Of a stretch of DNA of 64,000 nt, positions 22,598 to 34,124 are shown piece after piece (the first letter of the stretch is position 1; each line of letters begins with the position of its first letter). A program made the translations under genes and the position numbers. The notes beneath the pieces are model-generated. The model made no database searches and had not been told where the DNA came from. It was given only the letters and a program-made list of their open reading frames with translations. This DNA is from an uncultured Gammaproteobacteria bacterium (GTDB lineage Bacteria > Pseudomonadota > Gammaproteobacteria > UBA4575). Location: contig CALJEX010000040.1 in assembly GCA_938074525.1 (NCBI GenBank), positions 18-64,017 of the forward strand, given 5' to 3'.

Positions 22598-24091
22598 TTA
22601 TGCGGTACGTGCGCGTCGCATCAGATATTCAGTCAGCATGGGAACTGGTCGACCTGTGGCACCTTTGTTTTTTCCTTGATTCCAGGCGGTTCCGGCAATG
22701 TCTAAGTGAGCCCATTTGTATTCTTTAGTAAAGCGAGCAAGAAAACATGCGGCGGTAATCGTTCCTGCCCAACGTCCACCGATGTTGGCGATATCTGCAA
22801 AGTTGCTATCAAGTAATGGTTGGTACTCCTCCCAGATAGGTAATCGCCATGCTCGATCGCCAGTGGATTGACCTGCTTCTAATAAGTCATCACTTAATTT
22901 GTCGGAGTTGCTCATGAGTCCGCTAGCTTCATGGCCGAGTGCAACTAAACATGCACCAGTTAATGTAGCCATATCAATTACCACATCTGGATCATAGCGT
23001 TTCGCATAGGTGAGAGCATCACATAATACTAAGCGACCTTCGGCATCAGTATTTAATATTTCTATCGTTTGACCAGACATTGAGGTGACGACATCACCAG
23101 GCTTTGTTGCTTTGCCACCTGGCATATTTTCAGCCGCAGCGACTAATCCGACAACATTTAATGGTAGCTGCATGTCGCAGATAGCTTGCATGGTGCCGAG
23201 TACTGTTGCGGCACCACACATATCGAATTTCATTTCATCCATGCCTGCACCAGATTTGAGTGAAATCCCTCCAGTGTCAAAAGTGATGCCTTTGCCTACC
23301 AGTACAACAGGCTTGCTATTTCGAGCAGCGCCTTTGTATTGAAGTGAAATTAACTTGGCAGGTTCAACGCTACCAGCAGATACGGATAATAAAGAACCCA
23401 TGCCAAGCTTTTTCATTTCACGTTCATCTAGTATCGTTAAAGATAATTTGCCTTGGCCTTTTTTGATGCTTTGTGCGGTTTTTGCAAGATAATTAGGTGT
23501 ACACACGTTTGCAGGTAAATTACCCAGTTCTTTGGTCACCATCATGCCATCTGCAATGGCTTTGCCTTGAACGATGCCTTGCTTAATTTGTTTTAGCTGT
23601 GAAGCCAGACTGCAAATAAATTTAATTCGCTTTAGTTTATTTGGTTTTTTCTTTTTAGAAAGTGTTTGATCGTACTGATAATAGATATCTTCAGCTAACA
23701 GAATATGCATGCGTGTGAGTGACTGTACGCTGTGATTTTTTATATCTAGTGTGGTGAGTGTACTAATGGCCTCAGGTGAGCCAGTACTCTTTAAAGCAGT
23801 GATGCAGGAATTGAGGACCTTTCTATACTTTATAATGTCCAATTGCTTAGGATTGCCGCAGCCAACTAGCAATATTCGCTTTAAATTTGAGTTTTTAGGT
23901 GTATGTAGCAACAGGGTTTGACCGAGATCTCCACTGATATCCCCACCTCTTGTTGCGGCGGATAAAATGCCGCCATAGAGCTTGTCTAACTGTTGGGCTT
24001 CATCGCTTAAACGCTTGTTTGCAAATACTGCCACAATAACGCATGCGCTTTTCTCGCTAGTAATTGCACTACGTTTTACGAGATACTCCAT
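22598..24091 (-). CDS. pepA: Leucyl aminopeptidase (cytosol aminopeptidase)
   Basis: 497 aa. M17 peptidase signature NTDAEGRLVLCDAL. N-terminus aligns with E. coli PepA. Confidence 0.95.
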   Translation of the reverse strand: MEYLVKRSAITSEKSACVIVAVFANKRLSDEAQQLDKLYGGILSAATRGGDISGDLGQTLLLHTPKNSNLKRILLVGCGNPKQLDIIKYRKVLNSCITALKSTGSPEAISTLTTLDIKNHSVQSLTRMHILLAEDIYYQYDQTLSKKKKPNKLKRIKFICSLASQLKQIKQGIVQGKAIADGMMVTKELGNLPANVCTPNYLAKTAQSIKKGQGKLSLTILDEREMKKLGMGSLLSVSAGSVEPAKLISLQYKGAARNSKPVVLVGKGITFDTGGISLKSGAGMDEMKFDMCGAATVLGTMQAICDMQLPLNVVGLVAAAENMPGGKATKPGDVVTSMSGQTIEILNTDAEGRLVLCDALTYAKRYDPDVVIDMATLTGACLVALGHEASGLMSNSDKLSDDLLEAGQSTGDRAWRLPIWEEYQPLLDSNFADIANIGGRWAGTITAACFLARFTKEYKWAHLDIAGTAWNQGKNKGATGRPVPMLTEYLMRRARTA

Positions 24092-24204
24092 CTTGTTCTC
24101 CTGAAAGTTTTTAGGTGGTTTAATGAATTCTATTGGGTGGATTCTACATGGATCAAAAAAATTGAATCAACTTTTTCATGGGTTGTACTAAATACTATTA
24201 AATA

Positions 24205-25290
24205 ATGCGAATAATTTCTCGATATATTGCCCGTGATATTGTTGCGGCTATTGCATCTGTCGCATTAATTTTGCTGCTGATTATTTTAGGAAAGCTGTTT
24301 ATTCAGCTGCTGGGTGAAGTGTTGGATGGAGATCTCACTGCCAACATGCTTGGTGTAGTATTGCTGCTCGGAGTGATTAGGTACCTGGTTATTTTACTGC
24401 CATTTTCATTATTTATTGGCATAATTTTGGTATTGAGCCGTATGCATAAAGATAGCGAGATCAATGCGGCGATGGCGAGCGGGGCCAGTAGCAGGGATTT
24501 CATTCAAGCAGTGATGCCTATTGGTATTCCTGTGTTGGTGATTTTATATTTGTTGGTTTCTTATATTTCTCCTTGGGCAAATCGATTCGCCGAAGTGATT
24601 GAGAGCGTTACTGAGCAAAGTATGGTGCTTGGGCAATTATCGCCAGGGAAGTTTTTCGAGCTCGAAAGTACCGGTTGGGTAGTGTACGCAGAGTCTGAAG
24701 ATGCTCAGGATGGCACTTTACAGAATATCTTTTTGCAAAGAAAAGAAGATGGGAAATTAATCGTAGAAGTAGCAGAGCTTGCGCAAATGCAAAAAGATGA
24801 AAGCTTAGCTCAAGTGTTTGTGTTATTTGACGGTAAGACAATAGAAGGTATTCCTGGACAGGCTAATTTTTCTATTTCTACTTATCAAGAGCATCGAGTT
24901 TATCCTCCGCAAACTGATTTTTCTCGTGAAGCCGGGAAAGCTAAATATCAGAATATAATGTCGTTGTTTAGTTTGCGTGATTCAAGCTATGTCGCTGAAA
25001 TTTTTCAACGTGGCTCGATAATTTTTTCTACCCTGGTTCTAATGTTGTTGGCAATTCCTCTAAGTAAAGTAGCGCCTAATTCAGGTAGATTTTCACGCCT
25101 AGCGCTTGCTGTCCTGATTTATGTATTGTACCTAAATCTGGTGATTGTGACCTGTAGCTGGATTAAGCGAGGTGAGGGCTATGGATTGATTTCTTTAATG
25201 AGTATTCATCTGTTGGTTGCTATGGGTACCTATATCGCATATCAGAAAACACTTTTATCACGCTTAAAGCGCGTAGTTACTTTTGGTTGA
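24205..25290 (+). CDS. lptF: LPS export ABC transporter permease LptF
   Basis: 361 aa YjgP/YjgQ-family membrane protein, divergent from pepA as in E. coli. Confidence 0.8.
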   Translation: MRIISRYIARDIVAAIASVALILLLIILGKLFIQLLGEVLDGDLTANMLGVVLLLGVIRYLVILLPFSLFIGIILVLSRMHKDSEINAAMASGASSRDFIQAVMPIGIPVLVILYLLVSYISPWANRFAEVIESVTEQSMVLGQLSPGKFFELESTGWVVYAESEDAQDGTLQNIFLQRKEDGKLIVEVAELAQMQKDESLAQVFVLFDGKTIEGIPGQANFSISTYQEHRVYPPQTDFSREAGKAKYQNIMSLFSLRDSSYVAEIFQRGSIIFSTLVLMLLAIPLSKVAPNSGRFSRLALAVLIYVLYLNLVIVTCSWIKRGEGYGLISLMSIHLLVAMGTYIAYQKTLLSRLKRVVTFG

Positions 25291-25293
25291 TCG

Positions 25294-26355
25294 ATGAAAG
25301 CATTAGATATTTATTTGGCTCGTTCTGTATTGATAGGCGTCATCGTTGCATTGCTAATAATCTGTGCAATTGATTGGTTGGGGGACTTATTTTATCAGGT
25401 GGGAAGAATGGATAGCGGAGATAAATTCTCTGATGTGTTGATATTAACGATATTAGATATTCCTCATAAATTATTCGAATTCTTGCCCAGTAGTATGTTG
25501 ATTGGTACCTTGTTCAGTCTAGGCCAGTTTGCTGCTAGTTCTGAACTAGTAGCGGCAGGTGCAAGCGGCTATAGCCGATTTAGAGTCGGCGTAATGTCTT
25601 GCATTGCGGGGCTATTAATTACCATCGTTCTGAGTGTTGTCGTGGAGGCGTATGCGCCAATCAGCGATAAAATTTCATTAGCTATGAAGCAGCAGAGTGA
25701 GCAAGAAGATATTTTGCTAGCGTCAGATGAGAGTTATTGGGTGCGTGATCAGCATCGATTTATAAGAGTCGGGCGTGCGGTATCTCAAGATCTGTTGAAC
25801 GATTTGGCGATTTATAGTTTTAACCAAAGCGGAGAAGTTGAATCTATCAGCGAGTCGAAATCTGCTATTCGTAAACAAGGCGCTTGGCAATTGAATGATT
25901 ACCGCAGTTCGCAATTTGTAAGTAATAAAGTGATTGCCGAAACTGCCGAAGTTTACCCTGTACAAAAATTATTCCTAAGTAGTTTTTTGCAATCAGTGGC
26001 ATCAGATCCGTTTAAAATGTCAATGCAGCGTTTGTATGAATATATCTACTATCTAGAGGATAATCATTTGGACGCAAGTGAATATGAAGTGGCGTTGTTT
26101 AAAAGAATGGCAGTGCCATTTGTAGGGCTGGCTATGCTATTGCTAGCATTGCCGCTAGTATTTAGACCGCGTCAAATGGGTGGCGCAGGTCAGCGCCTGT
26201 TGATAGGGATTGTCATTGCATTAATAGCACATCTGATCGTAGAAGTGATTGCGAATGGCGCTGTTGTGTACCATTTTCCACCAGTATTGGTGGCATTTTT
26301 GCCGGTAATCATTATTTTAACGTGTTCAATAATGGCGTTTAAATTCACTCGCTGA
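25294..26355 (+). CDS. lptG: LPS export ABC transporter permease LptG
   Basis: 353 aa YjgP/YjgQ-family paralogue directly after lptF. Confidence 0.8.
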   Translation: MKALDIYLARSVLIGVIVALLIICAIDWLGDLFYQVGRMDSGDKFSDVLILTILDIPHKLFEFLPSSMLIGTLFSLGQFAASSELVAAGASGYSRFRVGVMSCIAGLLITIVLSVVVEAYAPISDKISLAMKQQSEQEDILLASDESYWVRDQHRFIRVGRAVSQDLLNDLAIYSFNQSGEVESISESKSAIRKQGAWQLNDYRSSQFVSNKVIAETAEVYPVQKLFLSSFLQSVASDPFKMSMQRLYEYIYYLEDNHLDASEYEVALFKRMAVPFVGLAMLLLALPLVFRPRQMGGAGQRLLIGIVIALIAHLIVEVIANGAVVYHFPPVLVAFLPVIIILTCSIMAFKFTR

Positions 26356-26773
26356 TCATCTTTAAGCGAGTTTTGGAAATTATATCATTCCATGCGAGCC
26401 GTTCTTTATTGGTGTAACACCATAAAAAGCCTACGCCTAAGCTTAGCCAGCAAAGCAGGGAGCCAACATAGCGTAAAAATGCATGCTTCCAGGTGACATT
26501 GTTGCCAGAGTCTGCCACTAGTTTTATCTTCCATGTTTTTGAACCTAACGTTTGTCCGCCTCGAGTCCAGCACCAGCCAAAGAATAAAAACGCAACTAGG
26601 TGTATATAAAGTATGAATAGAGGATAGAAAGGATGTTCCATAGTTATTTCGAATGGGACAGCAACAGGTAATGATGCAAAAAATAATAAAGCTATTAGTA
26701 AGATTGAGTCGTAAAACATAATTGCAATTCTGCGTAGCAAGCTCACTGCGTGGTTAGAATTATTGTCTTTCAT
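26345..26773 (-). CDS. RDD-family small membrane protein
   Basis: 142 aa, 3 TM segments, GQTLGSKTWKIKLV and AWNDII motifs of the RDD family. Its 3' end overlaps the lptG end by 11 nt (convergent). Confidence 0.6.
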   Translation of the reverse strand: MKDNNSNHAVSLLRRIAIMFYDSILLIALLFFASLPVAVPFEITMEHPFYPLFILYIHLVAFLFFGWCWTRGGQTLGSKTWKIKLVADSGNNVTWKHAFLRYVGSLLCWLSLGVGFLWCYTNKERLAWNDIISKTRLKMISE

Positions 26774-27024
26774 TTTAGGTGAAGTGGTTAAGGTTAATGT
26801 TTGTTTATCTTATGCAACTTGATGATGCTGACTGATAAGTAAACAAAAGATGAAAATTATTTAAAAAGCATTTACACTATACAACAGGTTTACCAATTAA
26901 AAGTGTATATGATTCATTGCATCGTTTTTAATTTTGTTAAAACAAGCCAAGTATCTTATCTATCATCCTTTCCTGTTGTGTCGAGCAGCTGCTCTTCATC
27001 ATCTATATATTTTGAGTAATTAAT

Positions 27025-27948
27025 ATGGCGACTAATGCGGCGAATCAATTAATGGATCAAGATAGTAATATTGTCGAAATGTTTTTGGATAATATTTGGA
27101 TGGAACATGGGCTCAGTGAAAATACATTGAGCGCTTATAGAAACGATCTGTTTAATTTGTTGCGCTGGTTGTCGAGTTTCCAGGTTTCAATATCTGATGT
27201 TAAGCATGAACACTTACTAGATTATTTGGCTCATCGGGTTACCCAAGGAATGCAGCCTAGATCAGGTGCGCGATTGCTTTCAAGTATTCGCCGTTTTTAC
27301 CGCTATCAATTACGCCAAGGTAATGTTGTTGCGGATCCTACAGAAAAAATTGAATTTCCTAAATTGGGTCGATACTTGCCTGAAGTATTAACCGAAGATG
27401 ATGTAGAAATGCTGTTGGCTGCCCCAGATATAACAAAATCCCAAGGCATCCGTGATCGAACAATGTTAGAAGTGCTATATGCATGTGGGCTGCGAGTTTC
27501 TGAGTTGATTAATTTGCAATTACACCAAGTTAATATGCGAACAGGTGTATTAAGGGTGGTTGGGAAAGGCAATAAAGAGCGTTTAGTGCCATTTGGCGAA
27601 CAAGCCGGAGAGTGGCTGGAAAAATATTTTAATGACGCAAGACCCGGGTTGTTAAAAGAAGGTCATGATTGCAATGTGTTATTTGTTTCAAACCGCGGTT
27701 TGGGCATGACGCGGCAGGCATTCTGGCATGTGATTAAAAGACATGCACGCGTAGTCGGAATTGAGAAACACCTTAGTCCTCATACGCTTAGGCATGCTTT
27801 TGCGACTCATTTGTTAAATCATGGAGCGGATTTGAGAGTGGTGCAGATGCTATTAGGGCACAGTGATTTGTCCACCACTCAGGTATATACCCATATCGCT
27901 CAGGCGCGATTACAGGAGTTACATCGGGAACACCACCCTCGCGGCTAA
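27025..27948 (+). CDS. xerD: Site-specific tyrosine recombinase XerD
   Basis: 307 aa, near-colinear with E. coli XerD. Catalytic R...HxxR...Y: LRHAFATHLL, LLGHSDLSTTQVYTH. Confidence 0.93.
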   Translation: MATNAANQLMDQDSNIVEMFLDNIWMEHGLSENTLSAYRNDLFNLLRWLSSFQVSISDVKHEHLLDYLAHRVTQGMQPRSGARLLSSIRRFYRYQLRQGNVVADPTEKIEFPKLGRYLPEVLTEDDVEMLLAAPDITKSQGIRDRTMLEVLYACGLRVSELINLQLHQVNMRTGVLRVVGKGNKERLVPFGEQAGEWLEKYFNDARPGLLKEGHDCNVLFVSNRGLGMTRQAFWHVIKRHARVVGIEKHLSPHTLRHAFATHLLNHGADLRVVQMLLGHSDLSTTQVYTHIAQARLQELHREHHPRG

Positions 27949-28038
27949 TGTTTTGGGATAACTTTGATGTTTTCCCGGTCTAATGATTTAATCCACCAAA
28001 TTTCATTTTAAATTCACTATTTTATACAAGGAAACATC

Positions 28039-28767
28039 ATGTTCAGATGCTTGTCTGTACTCATCATATTGGCTGTAATTTCATTTTCATCGCATGCGGA
28101 TTCTGCGAAACAATCCGAAGCGATCAAAGCAAAATTGGTCGAATCATTCCCTACCCATTCTCCAGATAGTGTTTCCAAATCACCTGTCGAAGGTCTTTAT
28201 GAGGCTGTGTATGGCACACAAATTATCTACGTGACTGAAGATGCAAGATATATCATTCAAGGTGTCGTGATGGATCTTGATGATGGAAAACGAGATATCA
28301 CTGAAGTGGCTTCAAGTCGAGCGCGAAAAAAATTTATGAAGCAGGTTAATGACCAAGAAAAGATAGAATTTGGTTCAGAGAAACCTAAACACACGATTAC
28401 CGTGTTTACAGACATTGACTGTGGCTACTGCCGAAAACTGCATAATGAGATGGATCAATATGCAAGCTATGGAATTAAGATTGATTATCTATTGTTTCCA
28501 CGTAATGGCATTACCTCGCCTAGTTACACTAAAGCGGTGTCTGTTTGGTGTAGTGATGATCGTGCTGATGCTTTAACCAAATCTAAGAATGGACAAGAAT
28601 TGCCTGCAGCGAATTGTGAAAATCCAGTGGCGGCTCATTTCGAGCTCGGACAGAAGATTGGTGTGACTGGAACGCCTGCAGTTTTAACAGCGGATGGGCA
28701 ATTAATGCCAGGCTATTTGCCTGCAAAGCAATTAGCTCAACGCTTAGATGATATGGCGAAGAAGTAA
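28039..28767 (+). CDS. dsbC: Thiol:disulfide interchange protein DsbC
   Basis: 242 aa. Signal peptide, dimerisation domain, thioredoxin CGYC active site. xerD-dsbC synteny. Confidence 0.85.
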   Translation: MFRCLSVLIILAVISFSSHADSAKQSEAIKAKLVESFPTHSPDSVSKSPVEGLYEAVYGTQIIYVTEDARYIIQGVVMDLDDGKRDITEVASSRARKKFMKQVNDQEKIEFGSEKPKHTITVFTDIDCGYCRKLHNEMDQYASYGIKIDYLLFPRNGITSPSYTKAVSVWCSDDRADALTKSKNGQELPAANCENPVAAHFELGQKIGVTGTPAVLTADGQLMPGYLPAKQLAQRLDDMAKK

Positions 28768-28773
28768 TAAAAA

Positions 28774-31700
28774 TTAATTGGTTGGTGTACTATTTATTGG
28801 TACATCAACCAATAATGCAATTTTGGTAAAGACAACTGAGCAGCGTATCGGTAATGAAGGGTAAAGAGGTTGTACTGCGTAGGCATAGCGTTCTAGTTGT
28901 GTTTTAAATTTCTCCGCTTGTTTATGCGCATTTGTTTTTGATATATCTGCTTGTGTTTTGAAATCTATAATCCATACATTCTCTTTGCTTACTATCATTT
29001 GATCGATAACGCTGATTTGATGTTTGTTTGATATGTTGGCAACAGTTACTTCGTGATATGTCTGTTGACTCTCTGTGTGTTTAAATATTGGTTCAAGAGT
29101 AACACTGGTTAAGCAATCTATAGCTTCCTTCTTGAGCGGTTTTAGTTGCTCAATAGTGATATTTGCGTTGGTTTCTAAATTGACCCTATTTAATAATGCC
29201 TGATCATTAATGCTTGGCGACTGAGTTAAAATTTCTAATAACTTGTGAATAAGTGTTCCTTCAAGTGCTTCATTGCTTATCTGCTCAGACGCAGTCACAT
29301 TTGTCGTTGAGTTATTGATAGGTGCGAACAAAGCTGTGTAATCATCTAAAGGCTCGTTGACAGGGAGTGCGGGCGATTTAATGTTGTCTGATAAAGGCAT
29401 AACGTGATGTTCGTGTAGCCATATTTCATCGCTATCTTTTTCAATCTCTAAAGCTGAGCGACATTGAGAGTGCCATCCTTCCTGAGAGCTTCTTTTAGCG
29501 TTCACGCCAGTCATAATGAGAATCTGTTTAGCCCGTGTTAATGCTACATAGAGCAAATTAAGACCTTCATTGCTGGATTGATTGGTTTTATCTTTAAGCT
29601 GTTGAGCCGCATTACTCATAGAGCTCTTTTTGCAACCGAGCATGAAAACATCAGGGATTTCTGAACTAGCAGGCCATTGAGTGATAGCACTAAACTGCTC
29701 GGGTGGTTCGGTGCTTGGGCCACTATCTGCGATAAATACGATGGGTGATTCCAATCCTTTCGAGCCATGTACGGTCATGATTTTAACCGCATTAGTATTT
29801 TCGTTATCGTTGACAAATAATGCTTCAGGATTAGTTTCTTTTATTTTGCGGAGAAATCTAGCGATGCTTGAATATCTGCCGCTTTCTATTTCTAAACTTT
29901 GTTGTAAAAATTGATTGAGGCGAGCGCAGATATGTTGAGATTCTGAATTAGGTATCGCTGCGCGATATCGATCAAGGATATTCCAGCTAGAGAAAATGTA
30001 ATTAAGCAAATCATGAACTGGAATTCGATCAGTAAATTGTTTCCACTCGTGAAGTTTAGTGTTAACGACATGTAGTGGATGGTCTGACTTTGATTCGTTA
30101 CTAAGGATATCTAATTTCTGTTTCCACGTGTCGGCAGTGATTTTTTGCAGCTCAATTAAGTGATATTCATCGATATTGAAAATTGGGCTAGATAACAGAT
30201 GTGTGAATGCTAAATCATCATATGGATCTACTAAGCAAGTTAGTAGCGCAAGCATGTCTTTTATTTCGAGATAGTCTAATAGACGAGTTGCATCGTTCGC
30301 GTGTATCGGGATGGATGCGTTAATTAGTCCTGCTTTAAGTTCGTCTAGGTGGGATCGCGTGCGTGTCAAAATCAAAACATCATCAAACCTGGCGGGGCGT
30401 ATTTGTTCTCCGTCATAGATGGGCGTATTGCTGTCTATTAATTGGCTGATTTCTTGCGCGATCAGTACTCCCTCTTGATAGTGAGCAGTTTCTTCGCTGT
30501 TTTCACGAGACGTCTTTAACGGATGACGAAAATCTTGTTGCTCCTGTTTATCTTCAATCTCAATTAAAGGGTGAATTTTGACAAACCCCCAGCGGTCTTG
30601 GTGCTGATAAGTATGGGCTTGAAAAGAGCAAAATTCTTGGCAAATAGAAGAGTGTGAAAATAACTGGTTAACACAATCGATAATGGCTGGAGATGAACGC
30701 CAAGAATGATCATTAGTTAATAGCTTGCTGTTTAATTCTTGCTGGGACCAATCAGAGGCTAATGTCTGTATTTCTGGGTTGGCACCGCGGAATCGATAGA
30801 TTGACTGTTTGATGTCGCCGACTAAAAACAAACTACTTGTTTGTGATTGGTGTTGATCATAAGAAGATTCTATTAATGGTTTAAGTAACTGCCATTGAAT
30901 AGGGTTGGTGTCTTGAAATTCATCGACTAAGAAGTGGCGAATTCGCTGGCCTAACTTGTATTGCACCCATAATGCATGATCTTCCTGTTGAAGCAATCGA
31001 TAGGTTTCCCATTCTAGGTCGTTAAAGTCAATCACACCGTGTTCAAACTTCATATGCTGATACTGTTGTAAGAGTTCTCGGCCAGCATAAAACCAAGCAT
31101 GATTAGCATTTAATAATTGTGCATGAATTTTGTTATCAACTAGTTGTAAGATTTTCTCAGCAAATGCTTGATGGGTCTGAATGAGAAGTTCAGATTGTTG
31201 TTGGTCAATTAATTTCTGCCAAGCTTTACTGATGGTCAGTTTGCGTGGTTTGTTGTCATTGGTTAAAACTACGGACTGCAAAGCTGATAGGTGAGACTCT
31301 GTAAAATGATTGTGTGAGGATAATAGTGGTTCAATTTTATCAGCCCAGTTTTGATATGTTTTAGCTGGGCTTGTGCGTAGAGTTTGATAATATTGTTTAA
31401 GCAAGGCTAAAAAATCATCGCTTCCAAACCATGATTGATAATCATCGTTTTGTGCAGCACCTATTTTTTTCACCAGCTCGTCGTTAGCAAAAGATACTGC
31501 GTCTTTGGCTTGTTTAGTAAACGCACGCCATTCGCTGCGCGCATTTAAGAAACCAAGTAACGCTGCTTTTGTGCCATTCAGGCCAAAGCAAAAATCAAAT
31601 AAAGTATGCATTGCTTCACGTAATTTAGATTTGCCAGCTTGTTCACTGGTAGATAATAAGCGTTGCCATGCCTGGTTAGCATATATATGGGCGTGTTCTG

Positions 31701-32115
31701 TTAGTTCGAAAGTGGTTGGTAATTCGCTTTCTAGGGGAAATGCGCGAATGATCTCTTTGCAAAATGTATGAAATGTACTAATGCGAATAGTTTGATCTGA
31801 AAATAGAAGTTTTTCATATAGACCTCTAGCTTTTTCAATAGTGTCGCCATTAGCAGTTTCCTTGATGGCAGACAATTCGTCACTTAGTTCGGATTCACTC
31901 ATCACTGACCAAGCTTCAAGCTTATCGAATAATCGAGCACGCATTTCAGCCGCGCTTTTGCGCGTAAAAGTGATTGCCAAGATGTGCTGAGGTTCGGCGC
32001 CTGCTAGTAACAACCGACAGATTCGTGTGATTAGTAACCATGTCTTGCCTGAGCCTGCCGATGCAAACACGTTGGCATTGTGCTGGGGGTGAGTTGATGT
32101 GTCTAAACTAGCCAT
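28774..32115 (-). CDS. UvrD/Rep-family SF1 helicase fused to a C-terminal RecB-family PD-(D/E)xK nuclease (AddA/RecB-like)
   Basis: 1113 aa. Walker A AGSGKTWLL, motif Ia ILAITFTRKSAAEM, helicase motifs throughout. The C-terminal nuclease has VIDQM ... IIDFKTQ ... QLERYAYA (the RecB nuclease D...DxK...QxxxY pattern). No AddB/RecC/RecD-like gene on either side. Confidence 0.8.
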   Translation of the reverse strand: MASLDTSTHPQHNANVFASAGSGKTWLLITRICRLLLAGAEPQHILAITFTRKSAAEMRARLFDKLEAWSVMSESELSDELSAIKETANGDTIEKARGLYEKLLFSDQTIRISTFHTFCKEIIRAFPLESELPTTFELTEHAHIYANQAWQRLLSTSEQAGKSKLREAMHTLFDFCFGLNGTKAALLGFLNARSEWRAFTKQAKDAVSFANDELVKKIGAAQNDDYQSWFGSDDFLALLKQYYQTLRTSPAKTYQNWADKIEPLLSSHNHFTESHLSALQSVVLTNDNKPRKLTISKAWQKLIDQQQSELLIQTHQAFAEKILQLVDNKIHAQLLNANHAWFYAGRELLQQYQHMKFEHGVIDFNDLEWETYRLLQQEDHALWVQYKLGQRIRHFLVDEFQDTNPIQWQLLKPLIESSYDQHQSQTSSLFLVGDIKQSIYRFRGANPEIQTLASDWSQQELNSKLLTNDHSWRSSPAIIDCVNQLFSHSSICQEFCSFQAHTYQHQDRWGFVKIHPLIEIEDKQEQQDFRHPLKTSRENSEETAHYQEGVLIAQEISQLIDSNTPIYDGEQIRPARFDDVLILTRTRSHLDELKAGLINASIPIHANDATRLLDYLEIKDMLALLTCLVDPYDDLAFTHLLSSPIFNIDEYHLIELQKITADTWKQKLDILSNESKSDHPLHVVNTKLHEWKQFTDRIPVHDLLNYIFSSWNILDRYRAAIPNSESQHICARLNQFLQQSLEIESGRYSSIARFLRKIKETNPEALFVNDNENTNAVKIMTVHGSKGLESPIVFIADSGPSTEPPEQFSAITQWPASSEIPDVFMLGCKKSSMSNAAQQLKDKTNQSSNEGLNLLYVALTRAKQILIMTGVNAKRSSQEGWHSQCRSALEIEKDSDEIWLHEHHVMPLSDNIKSPALPVNEPLDDYTALFAPINNSTTNVTASEQISNEALEGTLIHKLLEILTQSPSINDQALLNRVNLETNANITIEQLKPLKKEAIDCLTSVTLEPIFKHTESQQTYHEVTVANISNKHQISVIDQMIVSKENVWIIDFKTQADISKTNAHKQAEKFKTQLERYAYAVQPLYPSLPIRCSVVFTKIALLVDVPINSTPTN

Positions 32116-32210
32116 GATTTGATAAGAAATTTTTGCTGCGTGCCGGTTTCATATAGAATGCGTCTTCTCTAAGCGCTATTGCCCTAACGAATATTTCCTT
32201 TTGATTTTAA

Positions 32211-34100
<1,890 letters not shown>

Positions 34101-34124
34101 CATCTAGATAATCTTGGATTAGTT

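Noticed and set aside
28774-32115. Calling the 1113-aa helicase-nuclease recB of a RecBCD complex
   Set aside because: No recC or recD gene flanks it, whereas recB is normally in ptrA-recB-recD context. The size and motif layout fit AddA-like single-chain enzymes at least as well. It is left as a family-level call.
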